Assembly (NCBI GenBank): GCA_051294375.1
Contig: CM119269.1
Location: forward strand, 10,832,883-10,896,882
Reading direction: 5' to 3'
DNA: 64,000 nt
Source of the DNA: Paraspadella gotoi
Lineage: Eukaryota; Animalia; Chaetognatha
Shown here: positions 1 to 13,395 of the stretch, in pieces
Position numbering within the stretch: position 1 is the stretch's first letter
How the letters are laid out: every line of letters starts with the position of its first letter
Notes under the pieces: model-generated
The model's database searches: none
What the model saw: the letters and a program-made list of their open reading frames with translations, nothing else
Told to the model about the DNA's origin: nothing
Translations under genes and position numbers: made by a program

Positions 1-204
1 ACATTCGTCGCATTCCTTCATCCATAGAAAGCATAATAGATAATTATGCCGTTGGCTAATAAAAAAAAAAGAGAAAAAATACGTGATACAATATTAGTAA
101 AAAAATTCAATAAAACAACCTTGCTATAATTTAAGCACTGCTTTTTGATTCGATTTTTTAAATAAGTTATCCAACGCCACCAGCACACCACTCCGCGAGG
201 CGTC

Positions 205-3200
205 TCATCCACTCCAGGTCTCTTCTCTTTTCTCCTTCTCTTTCCGCTTCTCTCCAAACAGCAACGCAATCTCTTCCAACTGCACGTTCTTGGTTTCCGG
301 TACAAAAAACCAAGTGAAGATGAAGCCGACGAAGCAGAAGGCGGCGTACATCCAGTAGCATCCGTAGGAGTGGACGGAGAAGCGGAGCGCGTCGAAGGAT
401 TTGAGGATGACGAAGCGCGAGAGATTGGAGGCGAGAATTGAGATCGACGACCCGTAGCCGCGCGTCTCCGGAGTGAACACTTCCGACATGATGAGATTGG
501 GCAGGGGGCCGAACCCCACGGCGAAGAAGGCCGCGTAGCAGAGGAAGGCTACCAGCGTCAATTGCGGGGCCCGATGAGTCGCCGCCTCAGACGCGCCCGC
601 CACGCCCATAGAGACGCACATGCCCAGGGCGGAGGCCATGAGAAGGAATCGGCGCCCGAGACGATCAATGAGGAAGAAGGAGACGACTGTGGCGGCCAAT
701 TGACAGAGGCCTAGAGGTGGACGGGATTTTAAAAAGGCAGAATGAGAAATCAACGAGCGAGCGATCGTTTGTTAAAATCTTAAAAACCAGACCAATTCAA
801 AGTACATAATCAATTTAACATATCAATGTTTAAATCGAGTGGCGAATCCTAAATTCGCCTCCCGTTTAGCTTGGTGAAACTCAGCTCGTCCAATTGGCTT
901 GGACAGTAAAGTACTCGTTCACCGTGTGTTCCGGTTTCAATCCCCTCACAGTCACGCTGGTTAAGTGTGTTGGTGTCAGTATAAACACAGTGATATGGGA
1001 TGGTCACTGCAGGTCCAAAGCCCTGAGCGCCAGCTGTCTGGAGAAGCCTCACAAATAGGGCATCACACATGTCTCCCCGTTAACAAGAAATATTCACTAT
1101 TCTACTCTAGAGTAGACTAGTGCTCGTTCAAAGTCTTTCGTAGAGGTAGGAAGTTACTATTGTAAATCACCTAAAGGTAAATAATTGCTATGATTATTAT
1201 TCTTTCTGGTTTGAAAGGTTTTACGGTTAATGAAGAAACAAAAAGTAGCAGCCGGCCCTCCAACGGTTTCGATATTTAAACAGAAAAACCGACAAAAGAA
1301 CAATGCTCGGTCCGAACCTAAATAGAAGGCGGCCAACTCGTCGGCCTCGATGCCGCTTCGCTTGAAGACGCTCTCCGCGTTAAAGAGAATCGCGTTGATG
1401 CCCGTGAATTGCATCAAGACTTGGAGGCCGATGATGAGGAAGAGGGGGAGGTAGAACCGAGGGGTCTGGAGGGTGTCGAGGAAGGAGTTGGAGGAGGACG
1501 AGAGGCCCTTCTCGATCTCCTCGAGTTCTTCCTCAATCTCGTCCTCGCTGGAAAAAAAAACGTAGAAGGAAATGTGGCGTGATTGTCACGTGATGGTTAG
1601 GCGAATGTGGCGTGAATATAACGTGAATGTAACATGAATGTTGTCGTCAACCGCCGAACCTGTTGTTCGTTAACGTGCGGATAGTTTGCGCCGCAGATGG
1701 GGTCAACCCTTTCATCAGCAACCAACGAGGGCTTTCAGGCAACTTGAGCATTCCGACTCCGAGGATGGCAGGGGGTAGAGCCGCGAAGACGGCCTGCCAC
1801 TCCCACGTGAGAGGCGAGGCGCCGAACGCGTAGGCGTAAACGAAACCCAGTGACATGGCGATTCTGTAGAAGACGCCCACCATTCCGCGAAGGTGTGCAG
1901 GAGAGACCTCTGTAGGACATTCGAGGGACAAAAACAAGGAGAATATTTATCCTGATGTCTTTGGTTTACAAATTTACACAAATGAAACTTCGCTGTTGTG
2001 AGAGACAAAGTATTCACTGTTCAGTAAAATCACGCAGGGTCGCTTAACGCCCGTTTCACTCACCCGAGAGATAATTAGGCACGGCGACGTGGGAAAACCC
2101 GAAACCGATCCCGGTCAAACATCTCCCGAGCAAAATGCAAAAGAAACGAATGTCCTCGTTGCCGTCTTCCTCGAACTGGAGAAGGAAGGGAATTGTAAAG
2201 CGTTTAAAAAACAAAACTACAACGTTGAATTTAATCAATGTTTTCCAACTACATATTGCCAAAAACAAATCTTTCCCAGCCCCTTTACTCACGTGAGTCG
2301 CCTTCAACGAGGATGCTAGTAAAATGAGAAACCAACCCAAGACGCAGGGAACGGCCAGGAGATTAATAGTTCCTTTCCTCCCTTCTTTCTCCAATAGAAA
2401 ACCTTTAAAAGAAAAAAAAAGGATAAAAAAAAATTATTCAATTTATCTCGTGATTAATGTCGGAATCGGCCTTCGATAAGAGGCCCGTCTCTCCATTAAA
2501 TTAGAAATCTCCGATAAAAACCTAGAAAAGATGGGGGGAGGTACGATTTTTTATGATTTAGAAATTAGACGGACATTATCTATGGCGAGCCATTAATCTG
2601 GGTTTCTTCGTGATCGCTTTCGATGTTGTAATATGCGAGTCCGTTTCGGCTGCGCTCTATCTTCGTCTTTTCTTTATCAAATAGTCTCCTCGGCTTATTA
2701 CCTCCGATGAAGGCGCCGGCAAGCCGAGAAAGACTCAGGATGGACAGGAACATGTTTCCTGAAGAAAAAAAAAGATTTCATACTTGGATTAATATTTATT
2801 AACTAAATAAAAGCATTGGTTTTGGTTAATTTACATTGGTCCCTAATATTTGTTAATTCTTTATGCAACGAATTGATTTTGCCTTTTTTGTTCATTCCAT
2901 TTCATCGTTCATCAAATCCTTCATTATATTTTTCATTCATCCCTTCATTCATTCATTCCTTCCATTCACTTCCGTCAATCGCGAGGGGGCTCTCTCTATT
3001 TTTCCAACTCTCAACCTATATACAAGTAGAAATTATTTTAATTTTGGAAAAATCTCGACCCTCCCTAGAAAACGGGGCTTAGGATTTTTCTATTCGACCA
3101 AAAATAAATTTAAAAGGAAAATCATTACCTTGATAAAAATTGAGCGTTCCATCGTGTTCCATCCTTGGAACTGCGGGTGACGTGAATCTATTGGGGGTAA

Positions 3201-3688
3201 GAAGAAATGGAAATTAATTTCAGCTCTCAAAGGGAAAAAAAAATTCACAAAGTTCCTTACTTACCCCATCCCGATTCCCATGCTGAATGGACCCAAATTG
3301 CAAGTGAGCACCAGGACCCAAAACACCCACGTCACCACCTCCAAGCCGGGCCGACTGTGAAAAGCGTTTAACCAAAGGTGAGCTTAATAGACTTAATTAT
3401 AATGAATTTTGAGAATTTTGAGTTTCAAAATATTAATAGCAACGAAAATAAAGGAAACGTTACGAAGCCTAATATCGCAACTGATAAAATGACTTATAGC
3501 TTATGCTTTATTTAAGAAAAGTATAATTTTTATTTTAAAAAAAATATTGGTAGTACAAATTTCATCCAGTCAAAGCTAATAGATATCATTATAAACACAA
3601 ACATTTTTTTTAAAACCAGCATTCTTTGCAAAACTTACCCGCCCCCCATCTCGCATTGCCTGATCTTAATCTTCGGCAGCCGGTACAT
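205..3688 (-). CDS. MFS sugar porter family facilitated transporter (Tret1/GLUT6/GLUT8-like), 9 coding exons, ~487 aa
   Basis: Exons (minus): 3688-3639, 3354-3265, 3187-3129, 2758-2702, 2402-2293, 2175-2064, 1909-1660, 1547-1318, 710-205; all GT-AG, total 1464 nt in frame. Sugar-porter motifs: GFTSP, LEKEGRK, GRCLTGIGFG, YLSEVSPAHLRG, PESPRWL, MQFTGINAILF, IDRLGRR, GFGPLP, FVPETK. Confidence 0.92.
841..1109 (+). mobile_element. Divergent tRNA-head + degenerate twister-ribozyme element in the last intron of the sugar transporter (antisense to host)
   Basis: Hairpin GGCGAAT-CCTAA-ATTCGCC at 841-859, B-box-like GGTTTCAATCCC at ~933-944, then a twister-like fold at 956-1034 (P3 CAGTGA/TCACTG, P4 CAGG/CCTG closing TCCAAAGC). 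Possible GAGT duplication at 837-840/1110-1113. Boundaries are tentative. Confidence 0.55.
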
Positions 3689-5716
3689 TAAGCTTCCATG
3701 CCGAATGAATTATTCTCCGCAAAAAAAAAGGTTAAAAAGAAGGAACAATCGCGGAAGTTGCATCGATGCATCAATAGAATAATTATCACTTTGAAGACTC
3801 TCTTTGGCGGAGTTGAAATCATGGGTGGTGACGGGTTTCGCCCAAAAAGTACGAAGGAAACGACGGCGATGAAAAGGACGATCGGAAAAAAACGCCCCAA
3901 AACGGGTTTTTTACGGACGAACGTTCGAATCGAATTTTTAAATTTGTATGTGCGTATAAAAAAAAATATAAAAAATACGAAAAAACTAGTAAGTCGACTT
4001 TGAACAGTTTGATTCTTATAACCTTGATTGAAATTTTTTTCTTTCGAGATTTTATAATTTAGTTCAAATTATTACGACGACCTTGAAATTGGTTTTTCTT
4101 TCCAAAAAGCAGATATATTTTAAAAGCGGCTTTTTTTTTTGAGGGAGACAATAATTTTTACGCATGAAGTTTTCGAATACAGAGGATTAAGTGAGGAGCT
4201 TCGTGAGTCAAAGCTTCTTTTTGGAAAGAATGAAAACTATTAGTTCAGTGTTCACGAATTCCATTAGTTAAAATTTTGAAAAAGACGTATTTCTAGACAA
4301 AAAACAAGTTGATAACGAAAGTGAGTAAACGGTCCTAATTGTTTTGTTTTTTCAACGTCATGACAGGTGAACAAATGTCGTCAACTCTCTGTAATCAAAA
4401 ACCAAACGGAACTGCAGAAAAGGGACAACGAACTTTTTGTCGGCGTTTTGTCGGGCCAGTTCGATAGCGATTCTGTCTGGTTTTTCGTTAGAGAGAATAT
4501 GAATAAAGCGCGTATCGCGTGAGAAATTATTATCAATATTATCCTAATCGTTATAAGTACTCTTTACTTGATATAAGGACAATATTAAAATCCGAAATTC
4601 GTGTTAGATACATACATACATGAATAATTATGTCTGGTATTTGGCCGTTTTTTTGTTTTTTTTTATACCAGTGCCTTACAAATTGATTATATTTCAATAT
4701 ACATTGAACACAAAAACAACGATTTTGAAACTATTATTTAAGTAAATCATTGAATTTCTTTTAATTCGATTTATTGTTTTACTTTTTATTGAAGCTATAA
4801 ATTTTTTTATTTATATTCCTGATTTTCTCTTCTTACTTTTTAAGTGCAGCTCAAGCCAAAAACAATTTTACACAAAGATTTTATTGTAAAAATGAAAACG
4901 TATAAAAAGTAACAGCATGACAAAGAAATATTTTTCCCCTTTTAGAGTTGAATAATTGTTTTTTTTTAATGCTAGAAAATTTACAGAATATTAGAGGTAA
5001 GCGATTCGATTAATCTAAGGGGATCAATGCCAAATCTTCGAAGTTCTGCGCCCGTGTTTGTTCTGAATCAGCAAACAAATTGAGCTCGTATACATTAGGA
5101 ATTTTATTTTTCTTCATGAAAAACAAAGCTTACTTTGTTAGCACCCTACAAAAAAAACTACGTTTTTTTTATTATTTATCTTTTATCATTCAACATCTAA
5201 CGTATTAGAAAATATAAAATAATTGTAATAGAAGTTTTCTTCCATAAAAGTAATAGAAGTTTTCATCCATTTTTAAGTTATATAAACTTTATAACTATGA
5301 TACCAACTAGTCTTTTTTATCATCAGCTGCTTGAATTATTCCCTACATTCCATGTATTTGAATTAAATTATATTTTTAAGATTTTGTGTGAACATTATTT
5401 TTTCTCGAGAGTTAACAACTTTCATTTTTGCTATTATACGGTACTATACGGTCCATGAATTCATGGGAAAGGATCCAAATTTTTTAAAATTGTTATCTAT
5501 TAACGCGGAAATTCCCCGCGTAAAATTGAAACGGCTGAGTGGTAAGACTCGCGACAGCCCTTGCCCCCCCCGTCGTCCTTAGAAAAAGAAAATATTTCCT
5601 TTTGCCGCGAGGAAAAGTAATAAGAAAAACCTCTCACCATAAAAATAAAAAAGATGACTTCATCATTGAAAGTGAAAGCGAATCTGCTAATCAAAAGTAT
5701 TGAGAGAATAGTTTTC

Positions 5717-6614
5717 TTTTTAGTCGGATCTGCTTATCAGCTTATCAGCAAATTCCGACTCTATAATCCACTTTGTCGGTCCGTCCATCCCAAAATCTAG
5801 TCGGTAAATCATTTTTATCATATCAGGACATCGAATTAAAAATTAAAAATCCACGAGTTTTTTCTTAAATGATAAATTACGTCCGTCCGTCCGTCCCTCC
5901 GTAGGCAGATCCGTAGTCGGCAATAACTTTAAGGCGTAGTAAAATTTCTAGATTTAACTTTAATTAAAATTCTAAAAGTGAGGAACAACAACATTATACT
6001 AATGAACATTTATGTAATAAAAAATATTATAATAAATTTTACAATTTACGCAGTAGGCCACATTTATACTAGTACTAAACCAATAAATGTTAAAATTTTA
6101 AAACAGTTTTTTCTAAGATTTTTTTGCAGATTTGGATTCGTCATAAAAGTGGTAAAAAGAAATATAAATCTTTTTGAAAAATTCCTTCATTAAGTGGGTC
6201 AAAAATTAGAATAAACTATATTTGAAGCTGAAAATTAACTTTTTATATATAAATATAGTTTTTTTTATTTTTAACCCACTTAATGAAAGAATTTTTTAAA
6301 AATGATTTATATTTTTTTATCAACTTTTGACGAGAGGAATTCAAATCTGCAATCAGAATTAAGAAAAGCCTATTTTGAAATTTTTCGATTTTATAAGGAT
6401 AGAATAAAAATAACGGAAAATAAAACATAAAATTAATTTTTTTTACAAATTAATGTTCACTGATGGTATGTTGTTCATAATTGACTTTTAGAATTTTCGT
6501 ATGTAACTTTCACTACGCCTTAATAAGCATGATACCTTCAGTCGTGGCCTCGTGGCTCATTGACCCCACTTAGCACCTTATCCACGGATCCGATATTGTT
6601 TGCTCAAACTTGTT
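5717..6614 (+). mobile_element. Helentron-associated (HINE/DINE-1-like) non-autonomous element, with a nested MITE
   Basis: 5' TTTTT-AGTCGGATCTGC subterminal repeat followed by its partial inversion (GCAAATTCCGACT), (GTCC)n microsatellite, 3' GGATCCGA plus stem-loop GTTTG-CT-CAAAC and a T-run. Same ends at 23851-24571 and ~51530-51564. Confidence 0.75.
5933..6519. mobile_element. MITE with GGCGTAGTRAAA terminal inverted repeats and TTAA target duplication (Kolobok-like)
   Basis: TTAA(5929-5932)-GGCGTAGTAAAA ... TTTCACTACGCC-TTAA(6520-6523). Near-identical copy at 34019-34601 and an inverted degenerate copy at ~20169-20873. RR...YY termini with a TTAA TSD fit Kolobok rather than piggyBac (CCY). 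Confidence 0.75.
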
Positions 6615-7473
6615 TTTTTTTTTATAGAACATAGAACGTTCGTTGTGAAAATGCTAATCTTCGTGTAAATAAAAAAAAATCGAGATAAATATCTTTAAAA
6701 GAAAAAAAAATCGATTTCACTATTTCTTTTTTTACGGTTCGAAACAGAGAGACGGAAAGGCAGAAAATAGGGAAAAGATGGCGTTCCATGCGTCTCGGCC
6801 ATAAAAGCTATGAATTCTTTGTGTATTGAGGAACACTTTTTGTTATCGCGAGTTATGCCGGTATTTTTTCATAAAAAAAAATATATTTTGAACTATTGAA
6901 ACTAAAAGTTTTCAAAATAAGCTCAAAAAAGAGTCTGATTGAGTCTCTTCGTCGGCCGAGACTTTAAACTTTTAAGTAACGCACGGAAATAAAAAAAAAC
7001 CTAGAATCACTTGGAAAATGAACGAGGATGAAAAGATTTTTTTTTCTTTCCTGATTTTCGGGCCGACGGCGATGCCCTTTTATTTTTAACGTGCAACGCC
7101 CGAAGAACTTTTGCGTCCGTAGAATAAGAATTTTTATTCGATAAAGTTGTCTATGTCTAATTAAAAAAAATATAAATAGTTTGGCAAAATAGATAATTTA
7201 AAAACATATCTTACTGATTTTTTCAAAATACCATAACGCTATACCTTACGATTTCGATTCCTTCGTCCGTTTAGCCAGTAGACGTGATACAACCGAAGCG
7301 AAGTATCCGTTTGATATTTCCAGATATATTTCTTTCCCCTTTTTTTTTCTTTGACTTTTGCCGACGCCGTCTTTGAAAACGAAGTTTTTAAGCGAAGTCT
7401 AAATGGCCTGCGCGCGCATCGTTAGGAGGGGAAGGCTTTGATTATGCGAAATCGCTTATTTCATTCTTAATTT

Positions 7474-7916
<443 letters not shown>

Positions 7917-8759
7917 CGTTCGAGCTTTGCCACCTGGAGACGTGCTGCGTAGAAACGTGCCGCCATCTTTTCTTCTTTATTCGCCTCGACCCCAAACCCC
8001 CGCCCCGCCCCCCTAGCGCCCCCTTTGCCCTTGGAACATCGGGCGCGAATTCCGACTGACGGAACCTGATTGCTTTTGCCGCAAAATTCGACTTCGCTTT
8101 AAAATATTTTTTTTAGCTAAAAATCGTAGTCATTTTGAATGTAGAGAACAAAAAATATATTCTTCTATCCTGAAGAAGAAGACGTATATCGCAACGATAT
8201 ATATATATATATATATTAATATAATATATTTATAATATATGGCCGGAATAGTATTAGGAAAAAAGAGGAAGTTAGTAGAACTCGAGGCTCGCGAAGACTG
8301 GACTAAAAAAGGGACGGCTCCTCGGGAGAGGGATGGAAGAGGAGGATGAGGATCGAGCTATCATCAAAAATTATTATGAATTTTTTTTTTTTTTTTTTTT
8401 TGTTTTGAAAAACTAGCCGTCTGACACCATTCCCTTTTTGCTAAACTCAGCCCCAATTCCCCGGCATCTTTTTCTGCCCCATCCTACCAAATAATCATTT
8501 ATTAGAAAATCCGAAAGTTGACTCGTTTCTCTAACCCCATTCAAAGTAGAAACTAAAAGAAAAGACTAACGAGATTTTTGTCGACGACTTCAGTTCGCCC
8601 AACTGAATTCTCATTTCGAGAGTTGGCTCAGAAACAATTCCAAGAAACAGCTCAGAGGAAAGAGAAAAAAATTGACCGAAAACGTTCCGATAAAGAAATA
8701 GACAGAAGAGGCGAAAAGAAAAAAAAAGAGAGAAAAAAGGAAAGAAAAACCTCTCTCTC

Positions 8760-8802
<43 letters not shown>

Positions 8803-11800
8803 AACTGACAAGTCGCTCTGGCGACATCCGCGAGAAAAAGAACAAACAAAAAAACGAAAGGAAAAAAAAAACAAAAACAAAAACAAAAAAAAAACAAAAA
8901 AATAAAAGAACAGCCTGGAGGCTAAAAGTGTCGGGAAAACGGGATCTGATTTTCGAGAATGTCACAGAAAATGAATTTGTTTTGGCGAGGAAAAATGTGA
9001 TTTTGATGGGCGGCTTTCCCAATAAATTGATGTAGCGAGAAAACAAACAAGAAAAAAAATTGTGATTTCCAATGTTTTTTAAATTTTTTGAATTTGGTTT
9101 TAAAATTTTTAGCTGGTATGTTTTTTTTTTTTTTGAAAATTCAAAAACAAAGATATTTTTTTGCCCATGATTTTTTTTATATTTTCACTGTCGGCGTCTG
9201 CGTTCGCGGCGTCAGGGTGAAAACGTCCGGTGAATGACGACGACGAACGAGACGACGACGACGAAGAAGAAGGGTGGACGAACCCAGAACGTGTCACGCG
9301 CGATGGCCGAGAGGAGGAGGAGGAGGAGGAAGATGAGGAAGAATAGATGATGAAAAAAAGGAGAGGAAATAAGAATTGGAGTTTGTGAGGGAAAGAGGGA
9401 GGTCAGAGTGCAAAGGCAAAGGACGTTGAAATGAAGGGAGGGAGAAAAAAACAAAAAAAAACAGGAGGGATGGAAAAGTAGCCGATGCGTTGAGAAACGA
9501 GAGGCTGGAAAATGGAGAAAGAGAGAGAAGGACCGACGGTAAGAGTTTGTTTGAAAGAAAAATGAGAGAGGGAAGAAGTGGCGATTGAAGTTTGAATAAG
9601 AGAGAAGAGAGGCTGAACGGAAAATAAAAGAACCTAAAGAAAGGTCGAGAGAAGAGAAAAGTGAGGTCTGTTCCCGAAGAAAGAGGAAACTCACCTTTTG
9701 AATGAGAAAAGGTGAAGTTAAAGTAAAGGCGGGCGTCCATAAGGAGAGACGTACGTATAGTGAGGGGTTCTGTAACTTTGAAAAAAATGAATGCGACATA
9801 ACTCACGAGAGGTAAGTTTTCGTTTTGTCCAAGACTCGGTACAGTATACAAAATTAAGTCCGTAGGCAGGACATGAGAGCGAACTGAAAGGGAGGCAACA
9901 AAGTTGCCTGCCGACCTGCAGTGAGTAAAAAGATCCTCGAAAGTCAAAATGTTGAAGGAAGAAAAAGTAGGAAACCATAAAGGTGGTTGAGGAATGTTAC
10001 AACGCCACTGGCCCTGACTATTTCCTACTTTATTTTTCGGTCTTTAATTGTTCCAAAGCTGTTGATAACTCTTCGTCTCGCTCCACCGAACTGAGAGACT
10101 GAGGTCGAGATTAGAATTCGCGGTTCCAATCATTCTCGACAAATTCCTTTATTTCAAGAAAGTCGAGCGGAAAGACAGACCCAAAAGATAGAAAGAAAGA
10201 GACCGACAACAGATTCTTTTTAACAACAACGACCGCAATATAAACCTGCCAAAAATTATATTATTTATGTATAATTAATTAATTATTACGGTGTTCTTTT
10301 CGTTTCGCTGCTGTTTAAAGAATTTTTAAAAAAAATTTTCTGACAAAGAATTATATAATTATTATAATTAATAAACCAGAATAAGAAAGATTAACCCACA
10401 ATGGCCTGTCCAAACTCTAAAGTAATGAGCATGATAGCTTGTTTATGAATGGATATTGGATAACTATATATTTTGGTTGTACTTATTTAAGAGCCATATG
10501 GGTTAACAATTTTTTTTTTAATTTTTGGCAGTAAGGCAGTGAGCGTTCAAGCACGCGTCGCTGAGTTTAGAGCGCGAGGGCGCCGCCCCCCGAGATGCGG
10601 CACGGCGTCGCGTCTCCCTCGCTCCGCATTCACCACTTCCCGATTTCTTCCTTCCTTTCCCCAGCACAGCGAGGTGACTGATAACCCACGAGTCCTCACC
10701 AGGTCGATGAAATGTCACCTGAGCTAAAGGAAAGATGAAAAAAAAGGAAAATAAAGGAAGGAAAAGACGTGACCCTTTGCGCGCCAAAGATCACGTGACG
10801 ACCGGATATTATTTTTTTTTGCCGAAGTTTTTATTTCTTGTATTCTTTTCTCAACTTATTTTGCTTCATCGTTTATGCGTAGTGGAATTAGAAAAAAAAC
10901 TAATAAAAATATACAATGAAACGCGGAAAATTCTGATAATAATCCATAAACGCAAAAGTTTCTCAAAGACAAACGCGACAAAAAACAAAAGGGGAAAGAG
11001 AAAACGTTAATATAAACGAGAAGGCGGAGGAGAGCGAAAGAAATATTAGATTACTGTAATAAACAAGGAATAGACGCCCGAGAAATAATTACTGGAGTGG
11101 AATTTGCGATATGGAAAGAGGATAAGCTAAAGAAAACCTCCCCTCGCCTCTTTTTTCTTTATCAAAGAAATAATGTTCTTTTTTTTTCTTTTCCGAGGAA
11201 GAAAGGAAGGGATCACGTTGCTTGCTCATTAAACAAGATGAGAAAGAAGAAATCGGAAAATAGAAAAAAAAAAGAAAAAAGGGGAAAAAATGAAATAAAT
11301 AAAAATAGAAGGATGATAACAGAAAATTGTTATTCTTCCCACGTTTTCCCTTCGAAGTATTCGATGGAATTCCGAGAGAAGAAAATTAATAGCAAAAAAT
11401 ATTTACTATATCTAATAATACAAGCGTGTTTAGAAGAAAAAAACGTTTTAGAAATTCAGTAAATAGCGAGGTAGTATTTATAAACTGCGCCGACTTTTGT
11501 GCAACGGGCGGCGTAAAAAAACCACCTCGGGATATCGGAAGGTCGCGGGTTCACTTCCAAGTTTTTACCCATCGATTCTAATTTGATGTTCTTTTAAGCC
11601 GTGAATATCTGCCATGGATTTACTTTCCAAAATATAATAAGCAATGCGATTGCTTCGTGTTTACTGTGGTCTCGTTTTTAATTCCAATTGACTGGCTGTC
11701 AGTAGATTTGTCCCATGTTAATTCAGTTCAGAAGAGATTATATTTATAATGGTTTCTGATATTTCATAATCGTTATTATCTTTTAAAAACTTTCCCTCTC

Positions 11801-12009
11801 GTCCTTTGTCACGTGGTATTTCCCTCTCTTTCCTTCCTTCTCGCTCTTCTCCCACGAGGGATATATATACGAGACAAAGTTGTAAACAACATGATTTATC
11901 ATAACATGAAGACACGCCGCTGGCAAAACTGGGGTAAGGCGAGATATGTGGGAGGAAAAGAAGAATTGCGAGGACTGGAGGAGAACAATAGAGTGTAAGA
12001 TGAAAAAAA

Positions 12010-12019
12010 NNNNNNNNNN
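12010..12019. other. Assembly gap (10 N)
   Basis: Run of N next to an (AG)n tract. Confidence 0.99.
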
Positions 12020-13395
12020 GAGAGAGAGAGAGAGACGATAAATGTAATTCTTTTCGGGGGTGGGGTTCGGGAGTGGAGGGCAAACGGCCCATAAATTTTA
12101 AGATTCCTTGAGAGTCACGTTTTCATAGGAATTTGACAATGTTGTCCAGTCACGTGACTGTCGGCCCACTTTAATTCTCCGTTCGATTAGGTTTTCTGCT
12201 TTCGATCTTCGAATGGATTTCTGGGTCGAATCCCGACGCCCTCCTCTTCTCCACTTCGATCAGCTGAATTTTGAAAACAAACGACACACGCGAGGCTGAA
12301 GAGAGAAAAAAGAAAACCAAGAAGCGAAAAACCAGACGAAGATAAAAGAAAGAAAAATAGAGAAGAAGAAAATAGAGAAGAAGAAAAGAAAAGTAGAGAA
12401 AAACCAAGAAGATTCATCGTGGACGACCAGTGCAGACCCGATGGAGCCTCGACAGAAAAAACCTCGTACCATCGTTAAATGCGGAGCCAATGGCGCCTCG
12501 TGGAAAGTCTTGTGCTTAAGTTATATAGCGGAGCCGAGAACCGGTTTTTTTTTAAATACAAACAAATTTGAATATAAGCCAAAAACAACAATTGAAGGAG
12601 CCGACCTTAATGCTCCTTAACAACAACGGATCGGAAACAAAACAACTTTTGACATTGAAAACATTCACGTATTACGTACGTGTCAGATAAAACAAATCAG
12701 CCAATCAGTGGCACAGTCCATTACAGAAAACCCCTAAAATAAAATATTGGTTAAATAATTTAATACGCCACTCAGATTTTCTCTTAAATAGAACAAAACG
12801 CAAGTCTGATAATATCCGAATCATGCTCTCTCGATTGCATTATTAAATGCCTAAAGTTGAACGGATTTTAATTCAAAGCGGTTGTTGTTGTTGTTGTAGT
12901 TGTTTTTTGCTAATCGTCCGTTGTCGTCTTCGTTCTCGCAGTCTCCCTCGTCCGGGGGTCGTCATAATCATCGCACCTGGCTTCAGCATCTTCATAGCGA
13001 CTGACGTCATTATCTTGGTCGTACTTTTCCTCTTCGCATTGCACCTGACGTCGCTTTCCCTGCACCTGCGACCGAAGCTTAAAAGGCATACAAAGGAAAG
13101 ACTCATTGAATTCACAATCGCGGGGGAAAAAAATGGTGAGATAAACGACGGCTCGTCTTTCATATAAATTTAAAAGATTAATGTATTATAAATATTATTA
13201 AAAAAAGCTAATTTTCAAAACATGAAATTATCCATCGCCCTATAGGCTATACTATACAGTAGTTTCACGTTATTACTCTCTTATATTTAAATGAACATAA
13301 TTTTTTTCAATAATTAGGCCTCGTTTCATCGCGCTGACCTACGTATGAATTTTCAACATTAACAACCTTAAAATTTAAAAAGAGAATACGTTAAA

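Noticed and set aside
9185-9350. Acidic peptide-like stretch (NDDDERDDDDEEEGW...)
   Set aside because: Bounded by stops with no in-frame acceptor or ATG; explained by GAC/GAG triplet repeats.
12873-13167. Short ORFs divergent from SETD4-like (including a 59-aa acidic minus-strand ORF MPFKLRSQ...)
   Set aside because: No domain or convincing splice structure; cannot be supported without transcripts.
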